Source: Eledone cirrhosa
Taxonomy: Eukaryota
Length of the DNA stretch: 64,000 nt
NCBI GenBank assembly: GCA_964016885.1
Contig: OZ024747.1
Location: forward strand, 23,870,001 to 23,934,000
Direction of reading: 5' to 3'
Every line of letters begins with the position of its first letter. Position 1 is the first letter of the stretch. Position numbers and translations under genes: made by a program. Positions 37,101-49,100 of the stretch are shown here, one piece after another. Below the pieces are notes generated by a model that was not told the DNA's origin, did no database searches, and saw only the letters and a list, made by a program, of their open reading frames with translations.

Positions 37101-40100
37101 TTCATGCTCAGAGTTGCTGAAGCATGGAACAAACTGCCTGCGTCAGTTGTTAGCTGCCGAGACACTGCATCCTTTAAGACACTCATGCTTCCCGAAATAC
37201 GCCAAAACTACACCTGATGTACCCCTTCCATACACATGCACACATGTGTGTATCATGACTCGTGCACTGTTCATTTTACTGATGTTTGTGCATTGCCCTA
37301 TGTACTGTACATGCACTTTTTTGATGAGTTGTGGTGCACCTGGGCACTGTACACAATATTTCATTATTGTTATTATTATTATATCATGACTCATACACTG
37401 TTCATTTTCCTGACATTTGTACATTATTCTATGTACTATACATGCACCTTTGATGAGTTGTAGTGCACCTGAGCACTGTACACAATAATTTCATTATTAT
37501 AGACAGATACCACAGTAATAATCTCTGTAGCAAGAACATCTGGTAAATAGACACATCTATAGTAAGAACAACTGTTAAAAAGACACACAGACAAACACTA
37601 CATTAGTGGAACATCTGTTAAAAAGATAGACAGATACCACAGTAATAATCTCTGTAGCAAGAACATCTGGTAAATAGACACATCTGTAGTAAGAACAACT
37701 GTTAAAAAGACACACAGACAAACACTACATTAGTAGGAACATCTGTTAAAAAGATAGACAGATACCACAGTAATAATCTCTGTAGCAAGAACATCTGGTA
37801 AATAGACACATCTGTAGTAAGAACAACTGTTAGAAAGACACACAGACAAACACTACATTAGTAGGAACATCTGTTAAAAAGATAGACAGATACCACAGTA
37901 ATAATCTCTGTAGCAAGAACATCTGGTAAATAGACACATCTGTAATAAGAACAACTGTTAAAAAGACACACAGACAAACACTACATTAGTAGGAACATCT
38001 GTTAAAAAGATAGACAGATACCACAGTAATAATCTCTGTAGCAAGAACATCTGGTAAATAGACACATCTGTAGTAAGAACAACTGTTAAAAAGACACACA
38101 GACAAACACTACATTAGTGGAACATCTGTTAAAAAGATAGACAGATACCACAGTAATAATCTCTGTAGCAAGAACATCTGGTAAATAGACACATCTGTAG
38201 TAAGAACAACTGTTAAAAAGACACACAGACAAACACTACATTAGTGGAACATCTGTTAAAAAGATAGACAGATACCACAGTAATAATCTCTGTAGCAAGA
38301 ACATCTGGTAAATAGACACATCTGTAGTAAGAACAACTGTTAAAAAGACACACAGACAAACACTACATTAGTAGGAACATCTGTTAAAAAGATAGACAGA
38401 TACCACAGTAATAATCTCTGTAGCAAGAACATCTGGTAAATAGACACATCTGTAGTAAGAACAACTGTTAGAAAGACACACAGACAAACACTACATTAGT
38501 AGGAACATCTGTTAAAAAGATAGACAGATACCACAGTAATAATCTCTGTAGCAAGAACATCTGGTAAATAGACACATCTGTAGTAAGAACAACTGTTAGA
38601 AAGACACACAGACAAACACTACATTAGTAGGAACATCTGTTAAAAAGATAGACAGATACCACAGTAATAATCTCTGTAGCAAGAACATCTGGTAAATAGA
38701 CACATCTGTAGTAAGAACAACTGTTAAAAAGACACACAGACAAACACTACATTAGTGGAACATCTGTTAAAAAGATAGACAGATACCACAGTAATAATCT
38801 CTGTAGCAAGAACATCTGGTAAATAGACACATCTGTAGTAAGAACAACTGTTAAAAAGACACACAGACAAACACTACATTAGTAGGAACATCTGTTAAAA
38901 AGATAGACAGATACCACAGTAATAATCTCTGTAGCAAGAACATCTGGTAAATAGACACATCTGTAGTAAGAACAACTGTTAAAAAGACACACAGACAAAC
39001 ACTACATTAGTAGGAACATCTGTTAAAAAGATAGACAGATACCACAGTAATAATCTCTGTAGCAAGAACATCTGGTAAATAGACACATCTGTAGTAAGAA
39101 CAACTGTTAGAAAGACACACAGACAAACACTACATTAGTGGAACATCTGTTAAAAAGATAGACAGATACCACAGTAATAATCTCTGTAGCAAGAACATCT
39201 GGTAAATAGACACATCTGTAGTAAGAACAACTGTTAGAAAGACACACAGACAAACACTACATTAGTGGAACATCTGTTAAAAAGATAGACAGATACCACA
39301 GTAATAATCTCTGTAGCAAGAACATCTGGTAAATAGACACATCTGTAGTAAGAACAACTGTTAAAAAGACACACAGACAAACACTACATTAGTAGGAACA
39401 TCTGTTAAAAAGATAGACAGATACCACAGTAATAATCTCTGTAGCAAGAACATCTGGTAAATAGACACATCTGTAGTAGAAGTAGTAATAGTATCTGTTA
39501 AACAGACAATATATAATGGTGATGGAGGTGGTGATGACGCCAAGGAGGAAGGTAATAATGTTGATGCTGATCATGTCAATGATGGAGGTGATGTTGTGCC
39601 AGTAACTTACCTGTTCCTTTAATTTTTCTTTATCAGAAACTTGTTTTTTCATCAGTTCCAACCTCTTCTCAGCTTGGAACAGTTTCTGGTTGGCTTCTTG
39701 AAAATTCTAGATATAAATATAATGAAAAAAAAACAACAAAACATATATATTATACCACTCTTCAATATGTATATACATATACACATACATACATATATGT
39801 ATATATCATATAACTATATATACATAAACATTACACCATACTACAATATACATATAAACTCTACACCATACTACAAAATATGTATATTTGTATGTACATA
39901 TATATATATACATACATACATACATACATACACACACACACAAACATATACATCAGGCCATACATCAAGTTGACAATACCAACACAATCCCAGATTATAC
40001 AAGTCATGAAGAAATATTTTTATGATAAATATTCTCAAAGAAAAATAAACCAATAAACCAACACCAACAACTTACATTTCGATCTTCTTTGGCCATCTTC

Positions 40101-43100
40101 TCTCTTTCACTGAGATCATTCTTCAAAAGTTCATTCTCAGCCTTCAGTTTCTCACAAAATGCCTGAGATACTCTGAGATTAATAATAACATGGTTTTACC
40201 AAATATTAGCATTAAGGTATTATTATATATATATACACATACATACATACATATATAAATCATCATCATCATCATCTTCGTTTAACATCCATCTTCCACG
40301 CTAGCATGGGTTAGACGGGAGTTGTCCCACTTGAGGCAATGTAGGTCAGGTGACCGTGTCTCGCTCATATAGGACTATCTGGCAGGTTTTCTACGACTGG
40401 ATGCCCTTCCTAACACCAACCACATTTACAGTGTGGAACTGGGAGGTTTTTACCGTGTTACCTACACGGCCACATTACAGCATGGACTGTGTGTGTTTTT
40501 TTTGTCGTGACACCTACACGATCTCGATCTCATTTTCTTGTGCTGTTGGTGGGAGTGGGAGGATAGGGTAGAGGATTTGGGTGTATATTTGGTTAAGAGG
40601 TGCCTACTGACTGTAGGTTTCGCTTTGTACATAGGCAAGGCGGGTCTTCTGTATTACTGCGTAGCGCCAAAGATCTCGGCTCAGTGACATTGTCTTAGAG
40701 AGATGTAAGTGTGTGAGGTCGGAATTTATCAGATCATCCCAGGTTTTTCTGGGTCTACCTACTCCGTAACTACCATCAATTTTGATCGCCCTGCACTTTT
40801 TTATGCAGCTGTCGTCTTTCATGCGCATCACGTGACCATACCAACGTAGTCTTCTCTCAAGTAACCAGCATCTGATCCCTCTTATTCCTAATTTCTCACT
40901 TAGTTCATTTATGCTTTGCCGTTCACGTATATTACTATTACACATCCAACGGAATATATATATACACATGGTGGCTGCCAACTCGTTTTCGAGTACGGCC
41001 ACTACTTTATATCCATGTAGGAGAACCCCCACCAATGCGCTGAATGAGTGTGACTTTTTAGTCCAGCCAGCGACCTGAAAACTCTGGTACAAACACTACA
41101 CCTGTGACAACTATTGACACATAGTGCTGGGCCCATGGTACCACGTGACGACAAGTGCAGAGAGATCTCCAGATATAAAGCAATGCCTGTGCCGTGAAGC
41201 TTTTATAGTGAGCAAAGGCACTGCACAAAGCCAGTCCCACTCTCTTAACCAAGATGATATTTACCAAAAAGAAGAACAAGTCAACATCATTGGATACCAT
41301 CAGGGTTGCAGGTGCTATATCAGAGTTTTCCTTCTCCTAGAATTCTGCCTTGACAAAGGCTAAGGGGTCATCTCTCTCGGTGATTTTGGATGGCTATTGA
41401 CTCTCAAGAGCTCCTTTTCCCTTTGACAGGTTTTGTTTTTAGTCCTGCAGGATGTCCAAAGTCACCCTCCTCACCAAGAAACCTTGGTGGGGTTGCCAGT
41501 TTAGTCGCCAACGACCCGACCATGAGACAGGTTGTACTGGGATACATGTTACCATATATACACATACATACATATATACATATAAAAATATATATATTGC
41601 AATTTCGTATTTATAAATAAACATTTAGAAAGCCGTTGCTATGCAAAAACACTGGCAGCTATCGCCACCTCGCAGTGTCCAGCAGAAGCAAGGGGGACAA
41701 TCATTGATGCATTTCGAACTGATATGGTTCTCATCAGGATGATCCCTCCTGCTCTTGCAACTGCTGAGAATATATAGTTTTCTCGTCTGTGTAAATGAGG
41801 TGATTAATCTTATTTGTATATGAAGCTGTATAAGTTGACTAAACTTATAATTATAAGTAAGAGCAGCCGGTTATGGCCAGTTTGAACAGAAAGAGGTGAG
41901 AGAATTCTGGCTGGATACAGCCGATTTAAATGCTAAAGAGTTAATTAACTGTAGTAATTAAAAACCAATCAATTAACAAAATATACTTACTTTAGTTTCT
42001 CAATAGATGAATACTGATTTTTATCTTCAGTCTGTTTTAATTGGCAATTAATTTCCTGCAGTTTCTTGATTGTTTCTTGTAAATCACGGATCTCTTTTTC
42101 TTGAAGACGCAATTGATCCAACTGGAACAACAAGAGGAAGCAGGAGATGCATTAGCCTTTTTTGATACCAAGCTGTCTGAAATTGTCCCCTAGTTCTAGG
42201 ATACACACACATCACAGCCCACACTACAATATTGCTCACATATCTAGGACCGTGTTACTGTTTCAAACAGACATCCTAGACTAAAGTGTAGTACTGTTCA
42301 CATATCTGAAACAGTGTTATTGTTACACACAGACATAGTAAACTACACTGCAGTACTGTTCACATATCTGAAACAGTGTTATTGTTACACACAGACATAG
42401 TAAACTACACTGCAGTACTGTTCACATATCTGAAACAGTGTTATTGTTACACACAGACATAGTAAACTACACTGCAGTACTGTTCACATATCTGAAACAG
42501 TGTTATTGTTACACACAGACATAGTAAACTACACTGCAGTACTGTTCACATATCTAGGACAGTGTTATTCTTACACACAGGCATCCTAGACTACACTGCA
42601 GTGTAACTTGGGGTTAAATATCATCACTATAAACAACAAGAACAAAGGGAAATAAGAAAGAAAAGATAAAAAGCTCCCTTACTATAGCTGAATTTTGTTC
42701 CTTCAAAGCTGTCACATGAGAAGCATTGATTTGTTTCGTTGCAGCCAGTTTAGCAAATCCTTCACGTTGCAGACGTTCATAGATTAGTTGGTTCTGCATA
42801 AGGATTATTTGGTTCTGAAGAATACTTAGGTCGTCAGCAGGTGGGGAGCCTGGCAGAGGAGATATAAAGAAATACATAACATGGGGCATTATTTTATAGT
42901 ATGGGCAGAGGATTGGCAGTATCGGTAGAGGGTCGGACGCCATGTTTTTCAGCATAGAGTTACAGCCCTTTATGATCTGAGTTCAAATCCTGCCAAGGTT
43001 AACTTTGCTTTTCATCCTTACGGGGTCGATAAAATAAAGTACTAGTTATATACTGGGTAATTGCTGGCCTTGTGCCAAAAGTAGAAACAATTATTTTATA

Positions 43101-46100
43101 GTATGATGGCATATCATCATCATCATCATTATCATTTTGCGTCCATTTTTCCATGCTATGTTAGCATATATATAGCTATAATAACATTGGACTGATAAAG
43201 AAATATAACATGATATAAAGATAGAAGGGGGCTTATGTTCAGAAATTTCTTATTATTATTACTATAATAATAATTATCAATACTGTATAGGTAAACAAAC
43301 AAATAAAAAATATAAAACAAAATGTGTTTATAGAAAGAAAAAAAGAGTTTAGGCTATGTTAGACTTACCACCAAAACATGTTCTGGTGATGTTGGTTTGA
43401 GTAGTTGAAGGGAGTTGACTAAGTTCCTTATCATGTTGTGCAGCACCTCTACTCAGCAGTTTGTCAAGGATCTCCACAGGAGATAAATTGAGCCACTGGT
43501 CATTGGGACAGTCACCTAGAAGTAATTTACACAAATTATTGACATTTGCTTTGTTTAAACGTTTCAAAGATTCATAATTCATTCAGCCTTATTAAAACAT
43601 TCCATTAAACATAGAGAACAGAAGTTTTGAGAGTTTTTGTTTAACACTGGCTCAGAAGTAGTGGTTTAACCCCTTCATTACAATGTTTCTAATAAAAGAT
43701 ACTGCCTATGATTTATTTTATTAATTTTGAAAACAATAAAAAATTTGGAGAGATTTAAAGTAACTAACTTTCTCATTATCAACTTGGTGTTTGGAGTATA
43801 ACTTAAGGTACTTACATAAAATTATAATGGAAGGTTTTTTATGTAAATATAAACACTTTAAACTTTTTGTTACTATATTTCTAATGAAAATCATTGTCTA
43901 TGATTTTCAATTAATTTTGAAGCTAATCACGAATTTGGGGAAATTTAGTAATGTAACTATATTTTCTTATTATTAAGCTTGTGTTTTGGATGATATAAAC
44001 CAAAACACGTAGGTTATGGCAAAAAAGTGTTTGTGCACTGTTTAATATTCTTGAAAAGTGCAAAACAGCACTATGACTGCTTCACATTCAAATTTTTATA
44101 AATGATCTGTCCACTAGTAAAGATACTATATTTAAATTAACAAAACTGGTTTTTGATATTTTCTGCTAAATCATTACAGGATATTAAGAGTTAATTTCAG
44201 AGTAACCATAATGTTGAAAGAAAAAATAACGAAGAAACAGAATATAACAACATTCTAGGAAGGAGAGAAAGAAAGAAGGAACTTACCTAGAAGGTCAAGG
44301 GAACAATCTTCATTCTCTTTGGTGGGATCAAGGGATTTCTTACAACGGATACATAGACTGAAAGGGGATGGACTAAGAAGAAAGTGGTAAAGGTTGATAA
44401 GTTCAGCATTTGGAACGACATCGACCAAGTTGGCATTATTTTGGTCATCGCTGAAGGACGCTATCAGATCAATATCCTCTGTCTGGGTTCCAGTCGTTTC
44501 CACCTGGACTATCTTGCCATCTATTTTACTACATGTGCTACTGATACTCTTGGAATCCATTGAGGTCTCCATGGAGCGTTCTGCAGCAGGGATATTAGGA
44601 CAAGAGCGGCTCCTCACTCGATTCTGGAACCTGTCTTGCATGACAAAGCTATCAATGTCTGACTCTGTTGTTATACTTGTGAAACGAATCCTATTCATTT
44701 TCTCCATGAACTGCTTCACAGAATCTGACGATAACTTCTCGCAGGGTTCAACCTTCATACTTTGACCTTCATCATTACTGAGTGACATCAACTTATGACC
44801 ATGTTCGTAGGAATAACGCTTTGTTAGTTCGGCCACCTCCACATCACAGACATCTGCAAAATAAAGACAGTCTCAATGTAATTAACAGTTTTGGTTTTCC
44901 TCTTTGACTTGGAATTCTTGGTACTTCTTTACAAAAATGTCATTATTTATACATTACATAAATCTTTGTTATAGTTGGATAGACGTAGCAAAGCCATAAT
45001 AATTATATGAAACAAACTGCTCATATACCTAGCAAAGCCATAAAAATTATGTGAAACAAATTGTTCAGTCAGATAAAGAAAGCTACCAAGTAATGTCAAT
45101 AACAAGATTTACAATAGAATCTTCAAAACTAGTGTTTTAAAGGCCATTTTCTTTGCTAAAACAAAGATTAGTCTTAGGAGTTCCATGAAAAGAGGGCTCT
45201 TTTTTTAGGCAATATCTTATGGCCAGATGATGTTCTTGCCACTAACCATTTTAATCAGCTCTATCATATGGTGTATCACACAAGAATATGGTGTACTTAT
45301 TCTAAACTGGATACACACAGCTCAGAATGGAATGTGATGATGGAGTGTTTTTAATGTGAATATTTTAGATACAAACCTGATGGATCCTGACTAACAAATG
45401 TGTCAACAATGCTGTGTAAAGACTGCATTGAGATTTCTGGTGCTTTTCTTTCTTCTACTGGGCTAGAGGAGCAAGATACAGGAGTGACCTTTGTGGCTTG
45501 CAATGGCCTCTACAAATAAACGCAACAACATTGAAATATTAACACTTGATGATAATGTTTCCTACTTTTCAACAAATTTAACACAAAAATGGAGAATGCA
45601 GTTTTTTTCCCTCCAAAAATGTCTGGAAAATTTATCCTGCACTTTGGAAGCTGAAGATTATGTTAGTCATTTTATGTTAAACTCCTTTTCCCTACAATTT
45701 GGGAACTCAAAATGTCAATGCGTCCATGATGTTGGAAAGTCTCCATTGACAGGAAATACAATAAATGATTTTTAAAATGTAGACGTTTGTATATTATGGT
45801 AATGAAAGGGTTTCTACAGTTGGATGACTTTCTTAAAAGATTATCATAAAAGGAGTTATTGATATTTATCATGTAGGTAATTGTGAATATGAGCATGGTT
45901 GAAGGGTTAAGAAATTCATTACACAATCATAAAGTCCCTGTTTTAATGACAGCAACACTAGTATTAACACACTGTAATATTTGAGCAAAACATGGTGTAG
46001 TAAGCAAAGGCACTACTTATCGTGGCGGAACAATTGGGTTACGCTTGGTCAGTCGGTGGCGTAGAAATACCAAGCTGTGACTTCCACCCAGAAAAGGAAT

Positions 46101-49100
46101 TCGCGCCTTTTTTCACTTCTAAAGGGTTCCAGATTAATTTTCGTAGAGACAAGACATTACTAAATCTGTTCCCTGGAACAACTGGCAAGATGTAGAACTT
46201 ACCAAAAAACTTTGGCCCTGTCGGCAAGGGCCCAACTAGTTCAACTTAATCATATGGCATGTCACCAGCTTTTTACTCTTTCAGTACATGTAATAATTTA
46301 CGGAGAAAAATAAACCTTTTATATAATTTCCTCACTGTGCTTTCCTGTCTGATCCTTCCATATGGACTACCAACAACTATAACATGCAGTCTTATAACCT
46401 AATCTTCTTTAAGGATTCTTCTCACAACCAAAAATAATATTTCAAAGACTTTTCTGCTAAACATGGTCCTCAGACATATTTAAGAGGGCAGTAACTCTGA
46501 TGACAACCCATCTAACCCATGCCAGCATGAAAAGAGAATATGATGATGATGATGATGATAATGATAATGGGTGGTGGTAGAAGTGGTTGTGTTGATAGTG
46601 GTAGTAAATATTTAAAAGTAAATAACATGGCAGTAACAGAAATATGATGTACACTTACCTCCATATCACAAGAAGCCATTTTCGAACAAGAATGGTGATC
46701 TAGAGTAAGAAATATAGATAATAGATTATCATCATCGCTTAATGTCCATCTTCCACGCTAGCATGGGTTAGACGGGTTTGTCCCACTTGAGGCAAGATTG
46801 GTCAGGTGACCGTGTCTCACTCGTTAATAATTAATAAAAATCATTAATTAAACATAGCTACACCGTACAGTATATGATGGAATATATATTTACATTGGCT
46901 GGAAATTAACTTTGAGGTTTACCTCAAGTAGTGAGATTCCAGCTTTGCTGGGTTTTATCTACAGTAATGTAGTGTGATTCCAGCTTTGCTGGGTCTTATC
47001 TACAGTAATGTAGTGTGATTCCAGCTTTGCTGGGTCTTATCTACAGTAATGTAGTGTGATTCCAGCTTTGCTGGGTTTTATCTACAGTAATGTAGTGTGA
47101 TTCCAGCTTTGTTGGGTCTTACCTACAGTAATGTAATATGTTTCCAACCTTGCTAGGTCTTATCTAAAGAGAACAAGCCTAACACAAGTGTGGTTCTAGC
47201 CTTGTTGAGTTTTATGTAGAAAGAACAAACAATTATATATATATTTAAGAATTTCAAAATTACATCCAGTTAAGGAGTTAGAATTATTACTTTATTCCAG
47301 TTTCATGGATGGGTGTTAAGTGACTGAGAATAGAAAACTCGTTCAGTTGCACAGCTAGCTCACAGGTACTGTGAGCCCATCACTCCAAACACTAGGCCAC
47401 ACACCTTCACATACATTCCACTTAATAAATCTTGTTTTATTTGATATGCCTAAGAGGGACCTCTATAATTGCTAAATCACCCTTAATGCTTCTGTTATCA
47501 TATTTCTAATGATATACCCTGCCAGTGATTTTCAAATAATTTTGAAGATAATTGATAATTTGGAGGATTTAGAAATATAACTTTCTTATTTCGTTGGTAT
47601 TTGGAGCATAACTTAAGAAAGGTTCTTACATAAAATGATGGAAAGTTTTTGGATAAATATAAACATAATAAAACAAAAAGTTTTATAGTGTAGAACCATG
47701 GACAATTTCAGCTACTTTGATATGAACATAGTTAAACTCCTATTATAGTTAACTAAAACTAATAAGTATCTAGAAATTAGTTGGTAAGTATAGTGTTAAA
47801 GGTACATACTTGTGATCTGGGTATCTACTTCACATGAATTTAGAATTGGGGTGTTTCCTTTGCTGGGTGCTGCAGATGTTGCTTGGGACATGGGTGGGGT
47901 AGAGAGGTGGGCATCCAATGAAGGACTCCACCACAGCATGGCATCTGGGGTTAAAACATCTCCTTTTAATGGCTGACATAGGGCTGACAAGTTCAAATCT
48001 ACAAGAAATGAAAAAGAACAAACATTTAGATATTAAAATGTAGAAATAAAAACAACAAGCACTTTACAGTAATTTTCCCTGCTAAAACAGGGGTTAGCCA
48101 TACAAACTTCATAACAGGCATGGGGACATTTTTGTGTTAAAATTTTAGTCACCTTTTACAATAGACAGGAATACAGTGTATCAATTCTAAACTGTAGATA
48201 CTCAGAGATAAAGAATGGTAAACACAAATACTTACCAAGACTTCCTGAAGACAGAAATGAATCTCTGTAGGAACTGTTTCCAGTGACAATATTGTTTGGT
48301 TGCGCCGTAAAGTCTACCGAAGGACGTTGACTATTTTGTTTTTGATAAAAGAACAATGCTGGAATTTCTTCATCTTTATAGACGGTGCCTTCGATAGGAT
48401 CAAGGATGAGAGATGTACAGCTGGCTAGAATGTCATGGGTCTCTTTACTGTGCCAACTAAAAATGATAAGACAATAGGGTTAACCGTAACACCATACCAT
48501 GTATTAATTGAAAGAAGGTACCAGAATCTATTTTATCATCATTTTAAGTTCAATTTCCCTGCTGGCATGTGTTGGATGAGTTGTCATGGTCCAATTTGAG
48601 ACACATCAGAGAATGTTTTGTTCATGTGTTCCATATTTTGACATAGTTTCTATGGCCAGATGCTCTTCTTACTACCAACCACTTTACAGAATGTACTGTG
48701 GCACCAACACTAAAGAAGTTATGTACCTGGCAAGAGTGAAGAGTCCTCTGTAGTCTATATTATCTCTGTTTGCTCATCAAACACCTTGCAGAGTGTTACA
48801 CACACACACACACATCATTCTCATCATTTATATGCCCACTTTTCCATGCTGTCATGGATTGGACAGGATGTTTTGAGACTGATTTATAGCCTGATGGATT
48901 CAGTTTGAAACTGGTTAGACCATTGCTCAACAGAGTACTTAATACTTCGGGTAGTAGAGAATGGTTATATTATAAAGAGTCAGAACCCCGACAGTTGAGC
49001 TCTTACCATTTCAACAGCCAGTCTGGAACTGGCTGTTGAAACGGCAAGAGCTCAGCTGTCGGGGTTCCAACTCTTTATAATATATATATATTTCGACAGT

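Noticed and set aside
35168-39478. CRISPR-like appearance of the regular repeats
   Set aside because: Units are contiguous with no unique spacers, there are no cas genes, and the context is a eukaryotic intron.
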